The notes under the pieces were generated by a model that was given only the letters and a program-made list of their open reading frames with translations, was not told the origin of the DNA and did not search any database. Made by a program: the position numbers and the translations under genes. A DNA stretch of 64,000 bases, taken from contig CAXXVO010000009.1 of assembly GCA_963422645.2 (NCBI GenBank), forward strand, positions 192,001 through 256,000, read 5' to 3'. Positions 19,901 to 30,568 of the stretch are shown here, piece after piece. The stretch's first letter is position 1, and each line of letters begins with the position of its first letter. This DNA is from Alphaproteobacteria bacterium. Its GTDB lineage: Bacteria; Pseudomonadota; Alphaproteobacteria; UBA828.

Positions 19901-20773
19901 GTGGAGCGGTTGGACGCCATGGCGGTGCAACTGAGAACGGCGCTGCGGGAGACGCTGGAAGGCTGGCAGACTGACGTCGATCCGCTTTGGCGTGATGTGG
20001 TCCGCGATGTCGACCTGGCGTTCGACGATGTGGACCCCGCGCTCGAACTCGAGCCCTGGGAGCCGATCTTTCCTGCCCGTCGCGGCCGGACCTTTCCCGG
20101 TGCGCCGGCCGGCGCGCACATGCTGCGCGCCTTCGACCGGCTCGCGCCTGCGGCCGTGCGCTGCGTGATTTTGGGCCAGGATCCCTATCCCTGCCCGGCC
20201 TTCGCCACCGGCCGGGGTTTCGAGGCCGGCAACGTCACGTGCTGGCGGGAGCTCGACAAGATGTTCTCCCCCAGCGTGCGTGCGGTCATCCAGCTCATCG
20301 TGGCCGCCCGGACCGGGGAGGCCCATTACGCCCAGAGCTTTTCTCGATGGCCAGCGACACTGGCGGCCATCGAGGACGGCGCGATCGACCTGGAAGCGCC
20401 GGGCGCCCTTGCCGATCGCTGGGTGGCGTCGGGCGTATTGCTTCTCAACACCTCGCTCACGCTTTCGCGCTTCCAGCGCGAGGGCGATCCGCATCAAGTG
20501 CGGGGGCATCTGCCACTCTGGCGACCGCTGATGGTCCGGGTGCTCGACCATCTCGCGGGGAGGAGAACGCCGGTCGTCTTCATCGGCTTCGGCGACGCGG
20601 CGGCCGAGACTCTCGTGGCGGCGGGCCTCAGCGGGCCAGATGCAGGCGATACGGAGCGTGTCATCCTCCGCCCGCACCCGGCCTCGGCCGACGAGATCCT
20701 CGCGCAGGAGAACCCGTTCACACTCTGCAACAGGCGCCTCCAGGCCATGGGCGCGGCAGCAGTGAACTGGTAG
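19901..20773 (+). CDS. Family-1 uracil-DNA glycosylase-like protein
   Basis: VILGQDPY, ATGRGF, W...GVLLLNTSLT, GH..LW, HPAS; start may be 19919. Confidence 0.85.
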   Translation: MERLDAMAVQLRTALRETLEGWQTDVDPLWRDVVRDVDLAFDDVDPALELEPWEPIFPARRGRTFPGAPAGAHMLRAFDRLAPAAVRCVILGQDPYPCPAFATGRGFEAGNVTCWRELDKMFSPSVRAVIQLIVAARTGEAHYAQSFSRWPATLAAIEDGAIDLEAPGALADRWVASGVLLLNTSLTLSRFQREGDPHQVRGHLPLWRPLMVRVLDHLAGRRTPVVFIGFGDAAAETLVAAGLSGPDAGDTERVILRPHPASADEILAQENPFTLCNRRLQAMGAAAVNW

Positions 20774-20776
20774 CCG

Positions 20777-22438
20777 ATGCCGCGTGCACGGGCAGCCGAT
20801 TACATCATCGTGGGCGCCGGCTCGGCGGGCTGCGTGCTGGCGAACCGGCTCTCGGCCGATCCCGAATGCTCGGTGCTGCTGATCGAGGCCGGAGGCAAGG
20901 ATCGCAATCCCCTGTTCCGCCTGCCAATGCTGATGGGAAGGCTGTTCCACTCCGGCATCTACAACTGGCGCTATCACACCGAGCCGGTGCCGAGCCTGGG
21001 CGGCCGCTCGCTCTACTGGCCGCGCGGCAAGGTGCTGGGTGGCTCGTCCACCATCAACGGCATGGTTTACGTGCGCGGCAATCGCCACGACTACGACCGG
21101 TGGGCCCAAATGGGCCTCACCGGCTGGTCCTACGAGGACGTGCTGCCCGCGTTCCGCCGCTCCGAGGGGCATATCGAGCGCGACGACGCCTATCACGCCA
21201 CTGGCGGCGAGCTCACCGTCTGCCGCGCGCGCGGCGCCAACCCGCTCTTCGACACATTCGTCGAGGCGGGCCGCGAGGCGGGTCATCCCGTCAACGACGA
21301 TTTCAACGGGTCCGGGCAGCAGGGCTTCGGCCGCTATGACTTCACCATCAGGCGGGGCAGGCGCTGTTCCGCCTCGACGGCCTTCCTGCGCCCCGTCCGA
21401 CATCGCCGCAATCTGGCGATCGCCACCGATTGCCTGGTGCGCCGCGTGGTTGTCGAGGGTGGCCGCGCCACAGGGGTCGAGGTCTCTGACGGTGCCGGCG
21501 TTCGGACCATCCGCGCCGAGCGCGAGGTCATCCTCTGCGGCGGCACGGTCAACTCGCCTCAAATTCTCATGCTCTCCGGCATCGGGCCCGGCGACGAGCT
21601 GGGGCGGCACGGCATTCCCGTGGTCCACGAGCTCCCCGGCGTCGGACGCAACCTGCAGGACCATGTCGACTGCGTCCTCGCCTACACCTGCACCGAGCCC
21701 ATCACCCTCTACCGGGACTTGCGGGCCGACAGGCTCATCCGCTCGGTGGCCGAAGGGCTACTATTCGGCCGCGGTATGGCCACGACCTTCCCTTATGAGG
21801 CGGGCGCCTTCCTCAAGAGCCGGGCGGAGATGGTGGCGCCGGACATCCAGGTGCACTTCATGCCGGCGCTGGAAAGTGCGGCCAACCTCCACGTCCCCAA
21901 TCCCTTCAGGAAGGCACCGGTCGAGGAGACCCACGGCTTCAGCATGCGCGTGGGCCCGGTCAATCCCGAGAGCCGGGGCTGGATCGGCCTCGGCTCCGCC
22001 GATCCAGCAGCGCCGGCGCTGATCCAGCCCAACTACCTGCACGACGAAGCCGATTGCCGGACGACGATCGCGGGCATCCGCATGGTCCGCGACGTGATTG
22101 CGCAGTCGGCCTTCGATTCCTATCGCGGCCGGGAGCTTGCCCCCGGCGAGGCGGTGCAAAGCGACGCCGAGCTCACCGCCTGGCTCCGCGCCAACGCCAT
22201 GACGACCTTTCATCCGGTTGGCACCTGCCGCATGGGCACGGACCCGATGGCCGTGGTGGACGCCCGCCTCGCGGTCCGCGGCATCGCGGGGCTCAGGGTC
22301 GCCGATGCGTCCGTGATGCCGGTCATCGTGAGTGGCAACACCAACGCGGCCGCCATCATGATCGGCGAGAAGGCGGCCGAATTCATGCAGGGTCTTGCCC
22401 AGCCTGCATCCGCCGCAACGGGGGAGATTGGGACATGA
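20777..22438 (+). CDS. GMC family oxidoreductase
   Basis: GAGSAG, PRGKVLGGSSTINGM, FHPVGTCRMG, SGNTNA. Confidence 0.95.
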   Translation: MPRARAADYIIVGAGSAGCVLANRLSADPECSVLLIEAGGKDRNPLFRLPMLMGRLFHSGIYNWRYHTEPVPSLGGRSLYWPRGKVLGGSSTINGMVYVRGNRHDYDRWAQMGLTGWSYEDVLPAFRRSEGHIERDDAYHATGGELTVCRARGANPLFDTFVEAGREAGHPVNDDFNGSGQQGFGRYDFTIRRGRRCSASTAFLRPVRHRRNLAIATDCLVRRVVVEGGRATGVEVSDGAGVRTIRAEREVILCGGTVNSPQILMLSGIGPGDELGRHGIPVVHELPGVGRNLQDHVDCVLAYTCTEPITLYRDLRADRLIRSVAEGLLFGRGMATTFPYEAGAFLKSRAEMVAPDIQVHFMPALESAANLHVPNPFRKAPVEETHGFSMRVGPVNPESRGWIGLGSADPAAPALIQPNYLHDEADCRTTIAGIRMVRDVIAQSAFDSYRGRELAPGEAVQSDAELTAWLRANAMTTFHPVGTCRMGTDPMAVVDARLAVRGIAGLRVADASVMPVIVSGNTNAAAIMIGEKAAEFMQGLAQPASAATGEIGT

Positions 22439-22761
22439 TCGTCGAGCATCGCACCTACACCTTCCGCCCCGGCGCGGTGGACGGTTGGCTCAAGAAATAC
22501 GAAGCGGAAGGTCTGCCCATCCAGAAGCGCCATCTCGGCCACTTCGTCGGTCTTTACGTCTCCGAGATCGGACGCCTGCACCGGATCGTCCTGATCTGGG
22601 CTTACGAGAGCCTGGCCGATCGCGAGCGTCGGCGGGCCGCGATGACCGCGGACCCCGCGTGGCAGGCCTTCATTCAATCCGTCTGGGCGCTCGACGCGAT
22701 CCAGGAGCAGGACGTGATGGTGATGAACCCGGCGCCGTGCTCGCCGCCCATCGGCAATTGA
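22435..22761 (+). CDS. NIPSNAP family protein
   Basis: MIVEHRTY..RPG, WAYESLADRERRR...DPAW; ATGA overlap with the GMC gene. Confidence 0.9.
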   Translation: MIVEHRTYTFRPGAVDGWLKKYEAEGLPIQKRHLGHFVGLYVSEIGRLHRIVLIWAYESLADRERRRAAMTADPAWQAFIQSVWALDAIQEQDVMVMNPAPCSPPIGN

Positions 22762-22837
22762 ACGGTTCGCCCGTGGGGTCTGCCCACGAATTCCGGCCTG
22801 GCGCAGCGGGCGCCCGAGAGAGAGAAGGAGAAACGCC

Positions 22838-23911
22838 ATGTCGAACAAGCCGACGTTGAAGGATCGGAGTGCGATGCATGCTCTCGTCAGCCGCCGCCGC
22901 TTTCTGGCGGCTACCGCCGGTGTCTCTGCGATCGTCGGCACGGGTGCTGCGTTGCCCTTTGCGGCGCGCGCGGACACCGGGCTCGTCGCCCTGGTTCACA
23001 CCCAGGCGGCTGGCGACAACGGCCCCATCGATTCCATGATGGGACGGCTCAACCAGCTCTCGGAGGCGCAAGGCTTCGAGACCCGAGCCATCTACGCCCA
23101 GGACCCGGCGACCTACGAGACCGTGCTCAGGACACTCGGCGATGCGGGTGCTTCCATCGTGCTCGGCACATTCCCGGTCATTTCCGAGGCATTCAAGGCG
23201 GTGGCCCCGCTCTATCCCGACACCAGGTGGATTCAGCTTTTCGGCGACCCCGTCGACCCGCCGATCGCGAACCTTGTGACGGTTTCCTACGACTACTACC
23301 TGGGCTGCTATCTGTCGGGCATCTTCGCCGCCCAAGTCTCGCAGTCGAAGCAGATCGGCTATATCGGCGGCATTAGCATTCCGCCGCTGAATGCCGACTT
23401 CAACGCGCTCAGAGCAGGCGTCCACGCGGTCAATCCGGACGCCACCGTTACCGCCGCGTTCGCGGGCTCCTTCCAGGACCCGGCCAAGGGCTTCGAGATC
23501 GCGAGCCAGATGTTCCTGGACGGGATCGACTATATCCAGACCGATTCCGCCGCGACCGACGGCGGTATCATCCAGGCAGCCAACGAGCGCGAGGGCGCCA
23601 TGGTCAGCGCGCTCGACCCCGCTCAGTATCCGCTGGGACCCGGCTCGGTGATTGGAGTGGTCAGCCTCGACTTCGGCCAGTCGCTCCATAACGAGACCGG
23701 CGCGGCGCTCGCCGCCGACTGGCAGGGCGGGCGGCATGTGCCGACCGGCCTCGGCAGCGGCGTGATCGACTTCCTGCGCTCGCCGCTCTATCGGGAGCAG
23801 GGGCCGGCGGCAATCGTCGCCCGGGCCGACGAGGCGTGGCCCGCAGTCGAGGCGGCGCGGGCGGGTATCCTCGACGGATCGGTCACGGTGCCGTTCAATA
23901 CGGAGCTCTGA
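22838..23911 (+). CDS. BMP-family nucleoside ABC substrate-binding protein (Tat signal)
   Basis: SRRRFL Tat motif, GD.G..D, IGYIGG, GSFQDPAKG. Confidence 0.88.
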   Translation: MSNKPTLKDRSAMHALVSRRRFLAATAGVSAIVGTGAALPFAARADTGLVALVHTQAAGDNGPIDSMMGRLNQLSEAQGFETRAIYAQDPATYETVLRTLGDAGASIVLGTFPVISEAFKAVAPLYPDTRWIQLFGDPVDPPIANLVTVSYDYYLGCYLSGIFAAQVSQSKQIGYIGGISIPPLNADFNALRAGVHAVNPDATVTAAFAGSFQDPAKGFEIASQMFLDGIDYIQTDSAATDGGIIQAANEREGAMVSALDPAQYPLGPGSVIGVVSLDFGQSLHNETGAALAADWQGGRHVPTGLGSGVIDFLRSPLYREQGPAAIVARADEAWPAVEAARAGILDGSVTVPFNTEL

Positions 23912-23946
23912 TCGCCCGTCCTGATGAGGAGGTCCCTTCGGGAGAC

Positions 23947-25530
23947 ATGACGGCGGCGGACCCGCCGGCCCTCCAGTGCCGCGGGATTCGCGTTACATAC
24001 GGCGAGGTCACGGCGCTCGCCGAGCTTGAGATCGCCTTCGCGCGCGGTGCCATTCATGCCGTGGTCGGCCAGAACGGCGCGGGCAAGACCACCTTCGCCC
24101 GCGTCGCAGCCGGTCTCATTCGGCCCGATGCAGGCTCGCTCCATATCGACGGGCACCCGTTGCGTCTCGGCCGTGTGGCCGGCGCGCGTGCGGCAGGAGT
24201 CGAGCTGGTTCACCAGAGTTTTGCGCTGCCGCCCTCCTTTACCGTGGCGGAGGCGCTGGAGTTCGGTGCCGGCGGCGGTATCGGCCCCTACAGCCGTCGG
24301 CAAGTTCTCTCGCGTTGCCGCGAGCGCCTCGCTGCCCTCGATCTCGACGTCGATCCCCGCCGGCGCATCCGCGACCTGCCGGTGGAGGTGCAGCAGGGAG
24401 TGGAGATCGCCCGCGCGCTAGTCACCGATGCGCGGCTCCTGATTCTGGACGAGCCCACGGCGGTGTTGCCGCCCTCCGGCATCGAGGTGCTCTTCGAGCG
24501 TATCCGCAGCCTCAAGCGGCACGGGGTCACGGTGATCCTGATCCTCCACAAGATCCGTGAGGTGCTGGCGGTTGCCGACACGATCTCGGTGTTGCGCGGG
24601 GGCCGGCTGGTGGCGGGTCCCATCCCGCGCGAAGGCGCCGACGAAACGAGCATCGCCGAGATGATTATCGGTGGCGCGGGCGCCGCCTCCATCGGCGCCG
24701 ACGACACGGATGCGCTGATCGGCACAACGCCCGTCCGGGGATCCGCTGTTCGCGGTGCGCGCTTGGGCGGGAAGTTCGTCCGAATGCCGGAAGCGATCCT
24801 CGAACTGGCGGGTGTGAGCACGGTGAAGGAGCCGGAGGAGTCGCCGCTCGACCGGGTCTCCCTCACGGTCAGGCCGGGGGAGATCGTCGGGGTCGCCGGG
24901 GTTCAGGGCAACGGCCAAGGGACCCTGGTAAAGGCGATCGCCGGCCTCGCCGACATGACGGGCGGGGACATCCATCTGGGTGGCGCGCGCGTAAGCCGCA
25001 TGAGCCCCGCCTCCCGTCGCGCGCTGGGCCTGCGCGTCATTCCCTTCGAGCGCAACAGCGAGGGACTCAGCCTCACCAGCGCGCTGTGGGAGAACTGGTC
25101 CGTTCGCGACCTGATGCAAAGGCCGTTGTTCAGTCTCGTCGATCCGACAGCTCTGCGCCGGCGCTGCGACGAGGCTCTCAAGGCCTGGGGCGTGCGCTAT
25201 GCGTCGGCGACACAGAGCGCAGGCGCTCTTTCCGGCGGCAACGCGCAGAAGGTGATCCTCGCGCGCGAGATCGACGAAGACGCGCGCCTGATCATCGCCG
25301 CGCAGCCCGCGCGCGGGCTCGATATCGGTGCCACCGCCTTCGTCTGGTCGGCACTGCGGGAGGCAGCCGAAGGCGGCTGCGGCGTGCTGCTGATCTCGTC
25401 CGATCTCGACGAGCTCTTCGACGTCAGCCATCGCCTGGTGGTGATGCTCTCAGGCCAGATCGCCGGCGAGTTCGCACCGCCCTACGACATCGCCGCGGTG
25501 GGCCGTGCCATGACCGGGGCGTCCGCGTGA
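23947..25530 (+). CDS. ABC ATPase with two NBDs (nucleoside/sugar type)
   Basis: GQNGAGKT, LDEPT, LSGGNAQK. Confidence 0.95.
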   Translation: MTAADPPALQCRGIRVTYGEVTALAELEIAFARGAIHAVVGQNGAGKTTFARVAAGLIRPDAGSLHIDGHPLRLGRVAGARAAGVELVHQSFALPPSFTVAEALEFGAGGGIGPYSRRQVLSRCRERLAALDLDVDPRRRIRDLPVEVQQGVEIARALVTDARLLILDEPTAVLPPSGIEVLFERIRSLKRHGVTVILILHKIREVLAVADTISVLRGGRLVAGPIPREGADETSIAEMIIGGAGAASIGADDTDALIGTTPVRGSAVRGARLGGKFVRMPEAILELAGVSTVKEPEESPLDRVSLTVRPGEIVGVAGVQGNGQGTLVKAIAGLADMTGGDIHLGGARVSRMSPASRRALGLRVIPFERNSEGLSLTSALWENWSVRDLMQRPLFSLVDPTALRRRCDEALKAWGVRYASATQSAGALSGGNAQKVILAREIDEDARLIIAAQPARGLDIGATAFVWSALREAAEGGCGVLLISSDLDELFDVSHRLVVMLSGQIAGEFAPPYDIAAVGRAMTGASA

Positions 25531-26573
25531 GCGGCATGAGCATCCGCGCGGGCGCGGTAGTCCGCACTCTCGCCTTCATCGTGATTGCGCTCGCGCTCTG
25601 CGGCGTCGTCTTCGAGCTGGCCGGCTACTCCGCGCTTCTGATGTTCGAAAGCGTCGTCGAGGGCGCCTTCCTGCGGGCGGGCGGCTGGGCGCAGAGCCTG
25701 CGTTGGGCCTTGCCGCTCTTCATCACCGCGACCGGCGTCGCGATCTCATTCCGCTGCGGCTTCTTCAATATCGGTGCGCAGGGCCAGTTCTATGTGGGCG
25801 CCGTCTGCGCCGCCTTTGTCGCCGAGGGGCTCGGCGGCGCACCGGCCGCCCTCGTGCTGCCGGCGACCTTCCTCGCTGGCATGGCGGGCGGAGCGCTGTG
25901 GGCGCTCTGGCCGGGGTATCTCAGGCTTCGCTCCGGGACCGACGAGGTCATCACCACCTTGATGGGCAACTTCATCGCCACGCTCGTGCTGGTCTACGTC
26001 ACCTCGGGCCCGCTCAAGGACCCCTCCGGCACCGGCCAGCAGGCGGCGAGCCCGCTGCTGCCCGCGGCCTATCGGATCAGCGATTTCCAGGGCATCTCGC
26101 CCGCGATCATCGGCATCGCGGTGGCCGTCGCGCTCGCCATGTGGGTGCTGGTCAACCGCACGCCCTTCGGCATGCTCGCGAGCCTCGCCGGGCGCAACCC
26201 GACCATGGTGCGCTTCCAGGGGGCGCGGCTCTGGACTCTCGGCCTCTCCAGCTTCCTGATTTCGGGCGCACTGGCGGGGCTTGCCGGCACCATCGAGCTC
26301 CTGGGCCCGACCGGGCGCATCGCGAGCGGCTTTCTGCCGGCCCACGGCTTCACCGCGGTGCTGATCGCGCTGGTCGCAAACCTTTCAGTGCTCGCGACGG
26401 CGGTCGTCAGCATGTTCTTCGGCGGCCTTGCGTACGCCGCGCTCTATCTGCCGATCCTGGCCGGGCTGCCGGCCGCTGCCATCGACATCTTCAACGCCTC
26501 CGTCGCGCTCTTCATCACTGCCAAGTCTGGGTTGCTGGATCGCCTCCTGCGCATGGCCAAGTTGCCGACATGA
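25527..26573 (+). CDS. Nucleoside ABC transporter permease
   Basis: FNIGAQGQF, EVITTLM; GTGA overlap. Confidence 0.92.
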   Translation: MSGMSIRAGAVVRTLAFIVIALALCGVVFELAGYSALLMFESVVEGAFLRAGGWAQSLRWALPLFITATGVAISFRCGFFNIGAQGQFYVGAVCAAFVAEGLGGAPAALVLPATFLAGMAGGALWALWPGYLRLRSGTDEVITTLMGNFIATLVLVYVTSGPLKDPSGTGQQAASPLLPAAYRISDFQGISPAIIGIAVAVALAMWVLVNRTPFGMLASLAGRNPTMVRFQGARLWTLGLSSFLISGALAGLAGTIELLGPTGRIASGFLPAHGFTAVLIALVANLSVLATAVVSMFFGGLAYAALYLPILAGLPAAAIDIFNASVALFITAKSGLLDRLLRMAKLPT

Positions 26574-27472
26574 CCGAGTTCCACGAGTTCATGGTGGCGA
26601 TCCTGCGCTCCGGCACGCCGCTGGTTTACGTCACCATGGCAGGCGTCATCGCCCAGCGCGCAGGCGTCTGGCACCTCGGCCTCGAAGGCGTGATGATCAT
26701 CGGCGCGTGCGCAACGATCCTCGGCATCGTGCTGACCGGTTCGTTCCCGGCTGCCATCGCGATCGCCTGCGTGCTCTGCGTCGCGGCCTCGGTCCTGCTC
26801 TGGTTCGTGATCGAGAAGCTGGGCGCCAACCCAATCATCGCAGGCCTGGGCCTCACGGGACTCGGAATCGGTGGGACGGCCTTGGCCGTTCAGTCGCTTT
26901 TCGGCAGCCTCGCTGCCGTGACCGCACCCTTCGGCGTGCCCCGGCTCGGTGCGTCCTTCGGCACTTACGGCGCGCTCTCGATCTTCGTTCTGATGATGCC
27001 CTTCGTCGTCTGGGGCATGTGGGTGCTGCTGCGCCGCACCCGCTACGGCCTGCGGCTTGCCGCCGTTGGCGAGCATCCGCTCGCAGCACGCAGCGTCGGC
27101 ACCAGCCCGGCCAATGCGAGGCTCATCGCGCTGGGGGCCGGCGGCATCCTCTGCGCCATCGGCGGGGCCGAGCTCGCGGCAGGCGGCCTCACCATCTTCG
27201 CGCAGAACATGACCGCAGGCCGCGGCTTCATGAGCTTTGCCGCCGTCATCTTCGGCGCGGGGCATCCCGTCGGCGCGGCCTTCGCTGCGCTCTTCTTCAG
27301 CCTGGTGGGCGTCGCCGGAATCAGGCTGCAGCTTCTATTCGGCGCAAGCATCCCGCACGACGTGCTGCTCTCGCTGCCCTATATGGCGACGATTGCCGGG
27401 GTATGGATCAGCGGCCGGATGCGCGGCGGCGCCAAGGCCGCTACGCAGGCCTCGGAACTTCGCGACTATTAG
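26570..27472 (+). CDS. Nucleoside ABC transporter permease
   Basis: GLEGVM, GLRL.AVGEHP, AGRGF, LPY; ATGA overlap. Confidence 0.92.
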   Translation: MTEFHEFMVAILRSGTPLVYVTMAGVIAQRAGVWHLGLEGVMIIGACATILGIVLTGSFPAAIAIACVLCVAASVLLWFVIEKLGANPIIAGLGLTGLGIGGTALAVQSLFGSLAAVTAPFGVPRLGASFGTYGALSIFVLMMPFVVWGMWVLLRRTRYGLRLAAVGEHPLAARSVGTSPANARLIALGAGGILCAIGGAELAAGGLTIFAQNMTAGRGFMSFAAVIFGAGHPVGAAFAALFFSLVGVAGIRLQLLFGASIPHDVLLSLPYMATIAGVWISGRMRGGAKAATQASELRDY

Positions 27473-27521
27473 CGCGGAGTGCTCTTCACAGCCGTGCCGA
27501 GAGAACGGGGGACGGCGCAAG

Positions 27522-28544
27522 TCAGGTCGTGACGACAATCTTTCCGCGCTGCACGTTGGTTTCCATGTACCGGTGTGCGTCCACGATCTGCTCCAGGGGG
27601 AAGGTCCGGTCAATGATGGGCTTCAAGGCGCCGGAGGCCACCTCATCATGCACGAAGGCGAAACAGGCGGCGCGCTTCTCCGGCAAGCGCATCGTGTCGT
27701 ACAGGCTGTGGAACTTGAAGAAGAGCCGCTTTGCGAGCATCGGCAGGACGGGAATGTCGATCGGCTCGGTGCGCAGGTTGCCGTAGTTGACGATGAGCCC
27801 GTAGGGCTGCGCCGCCGCGACGAGATCGCCGATGAAGGCGCCGCCCACCGGGTCGTAGGCGATGGTGAAACCCTGGCCGCCGGTGATCTCCTTCACGCGG
27901 GTTTCGAGGTCCTCCTCTTCGGTGGCGATGACGTGATCGGCGCCGGCGCCGTGCAGAAATTCCGCTTTCACGGACCTGCGCGTGGCGGCGATAACCATGG
28001 CGCCGGCATTCTTCGCGATCTGCAGCCCGGCGAGCGCGGCGCTGCTGCTTGCCGCCGTGACCAGCACGATGTCGTCGGACGACACGCCGGCGTGATCGAC
28101 GAGCCCGCCCCATGCGGTGCCGTACTGGCACCAGATTGCACCCGCCTCGATCGCCGAAATCCCGTCAGGATTGCGGGCGATGCAGAACGCAGGCACCACC
28201 GCACTCTCACCGTAGAGGCCATACTTCATGACCGAATCGCTGGTCCAATTGCCCCACTGGTCCCACGAATTGAAGGGAACGGCACCGGCGCGGTCGCCGA
28301 TGGAGAAGCCCGAGACGCCGGGGCCAAGCGCATCGATCACACCGCTCGCCTCGATCCCGATGCGGGAGGGGAAGGTGGGGTTGGAGATGTAGGCACCGTT
28401 CCGGAACATGATCTCGGCCCGGTTGAGGCCGATCGCCTCGATCTTGAGGCGGACCTCGCCCTCGCCAGGTTCTTCGAGCGGCTCGTCGTGAACTTCCAAG
28501 ACCTCGGGGCCTCCGTGACTGGCGAACCGAACGATGCGGGGCAT
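27522..28544 (-). CDS. MDR-family NADPH:quinone oxidoreductase-like protein
   Basis: GGPEVL, AIGLNRAE, TAASSS, GKIVV. Confidence 0.9.
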   Translation of the reverse strand: MPRIVRFASHGGPEVLEVHDEPLEEPGEGEVRLKIEAIGLNRAEIMFRNGAYISNPTFPSRIGIEASGVIDALGPGVSGFSIGDRAGAVPFNSWDQWGNWTSDSVMKYGLYGESAVVPAFCIARNPDGISAIEAGAIWCQYGTAWGGLVDHAGVSSDDIVLVTAASSSAALAGLQIAKNAGAMVIAATRRSVKAEFLHGAGADHVIATEEEDLETRVKEITGGQGFTIAYDPVGGAFIGDLVAAAQPYGLIVNYGNLRTEPIDIPVLPMLAKRLFFKFHSLYDTMRLPEKRAACFAFVHDEVASGALKPIIDRTFPLEQIVDAHRYMETNVQRGKIVVTT

Positions 28545-28990
28545 GCGGCTGACCTTTCCCTGTGTTGAGCCTGTGCTGGCGTCGCGCTTGCGGCTCCGAT
28601 CATAGGGCTAGCTGTGAATTCTGGCCACGGCCGTGGGATTGTTGGCGGTCCTAGAGCCGCCAGATTTTTCGGGACGTGGTGCGCGCGCTCCGGCAAGTCT
28701 TGGACGGAGAGCATCCGAGGCAGGGGGACTGGGTCTAACGCGACAATCCCACGTCATGATATGCCTCACCGCTATATGCATGACGTAATCGCCATGTAAA
28801 TCGTTACTCACGGCACGAACGTCTGCAACAGACATATACATATTAGTTATATATTCCCACAAAACGATGTGTATAGAAGAATATCTTCCATAAGAATGGA
28901 TATAACTTTACGTTATGTAATTTACGTATTTGGGTATAACGTTTTGAAAGTCCGTTGCGCCCCTTCGATTATGCTTGTATCACCTAAGTT

Positions 28991-29920
28991 ATGCCCAAAT
29001 CCGGCTCTTATCGGATGCCGCCGACGTCTGCGTTGGTAGCCTTTGAATGCGCCGCCCGGACCGGCAGCTTCGCTGCGGCCGCCAAGGAGCTGGGCATGTC
29101 GCAGCCCGCAATCAGTCGCCATATCGCAAACCTCGAGGAGCGGAATGGCGCGAAGCTGTTTGATCGATCCCGGACCGGGGTGAGGCTGACCGAAGCCGGA
29201 CGACGCTTCCATACGGGCGTTGCTCCCGCACTCGGCATGATCACCAAGGCTGCCTCCGAGATCGCGACGGCTTCAACGGGCGAACAAGTGGTGATCGCTT
29301 GCTCCGACCCGGCGTCGCACTACCTGCTGCGGCCACGACACAACGAGCTTCGCGAAGCGCTCGGCGAGCGCACTCAAATACAGCCCGTGATTTTCCATCG
29401 ATACGCGCGAAACCTGCCACTCGATCCGGTTCCCGATGTGGTCTTGGACTGGGAGTCCACCATCGGAGCGGAGGATCACGTGGTGCTTTTCAGGGAGGCG
29501 GTGAGGCCCGTTTGCGCAGCCGGGTTCGCCGCAACCCACGCGGATACCCTGGGTGGACCCGTCAGCGGCTGGGACGGACTGACGTTTCTCGAACCGGGCG
29601 GCACCGGCGGGAGTTGGGCGTCTTGGAAAGATTGGTTTCAAGCGTTTGGGCACCCTGAGCCTGCATCTCGTTTCATGAGCTTTGACAACTACGTCTATTC
29701 GCTGGAGGCGGCCGTCGAGGGGCAGGGCATCGCACTCGGCTGGAGGAACTTCGTCGATCGGCATCTTGAAACCGGCGCCCTCGTTGCGCTCGGCGATGGC
29801 TATGTCGAGAGCGACAACCACTTTTGCGGTGCGCTCACTGAACAGGGACGTGTCAGACCCATCGCACGAATGTGCCTCTCGTTTTTCGAGCGAAGTGCGT
29901 TTCTCCACGAGGACGCCTAG
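28991..29920 (+). CDS. LysR family regulator (GcvA-like)
   Basis: AFECAARTGSFAAAAKELGMSQPAISRHI HTH. Confidence 0.93.
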   Translation: MPKSGSYRMPPTSALVAFECAARTGSFAAAAKELGMSQPAISRHIANLEERNGAKLFDRSRTGVRLTEAGRRFHTGVAPALGMITKAASEIATASTGEQVVIACSDPASHYLLRPRHNELREALGERTQIQPVIFHRYARNLPLDPVPDVVLDWESTIGAEDHVVLFREAVRPVCAAGFAATHADTLGGPVSGWDGLTFLEPGGTGGSWASWKDWFQAFGHPEPASRFMSFDNYVYSLEAAVEGQGIALGWRNFVDRHLETGALVALGDGYVESDNHFCGALTEQGRVRPIARMCLSFFERSAFLHEDA

Positions 29921-30214
29921 CCCGCACTTCTCACCAGGGTCATGGTCTGCGCGGCGCTGTCCGGCCGATAGGGTAGGAAAGCTGTGCAGCGCGATGTGGG
30001 GCATCGGGCAAACAGCTTGACGCACACTGTCGGCCGGAGAGCGCCGCCCTTCGGGTCGCGCCCAGGCGTCCGCCCGCGTCGCGCGTTCCACGCGCGCGGG
30101 AGCGCACGATGCGCGCCTCAACCGTATTCCCTGATACGCTTTTCGGCCCGCTCCTGGCGGATCGAACGCCTGGGCGCGACGCAGGCCGTGACCGTGGTGA
30201 GAAGTGCGGGCCAG
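29917..30214. mobile_element. MITE-like element, copy 2 (inverted relative to copy 1)
   Basis: Reverse-complement homolog of 8382-8652 with a ~27-bp internal insertion; its CTAG supplies the LysR stop codon. Confidence 0.85.
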
Positions 30215-30568
30215 ATAGCGCCGCAGCGCGATGCGCCGCCCTTGCCCTTTGCTCCTGCGAGACTGCGCTGCCGAATTCTCTTCAAGTCGACGATGTGCGA
30301 TGCACCATGTGCCTCGCGCACGCCAGGCGCAAAGCGCATCGACCCCATTGATTTGTGTAGGATACACGCTTGCTAAAAGCGCATGCCTGATGGGCATAAT
30401 GGTGTAACTGCCCAGGTACCCCCTCTCTCTTATGGAACAAGCCAGTTCCTTTTGCGTCAACGCCCCCACGCCGCGGGGGTGCCTACTCTCTTGAGCGCGA
30501 GAGGATGATGAACGCCGCGTCGCGAACAAGATGAGAGGACAGCGATACTCAGGATGAGCCGGAGAAGT

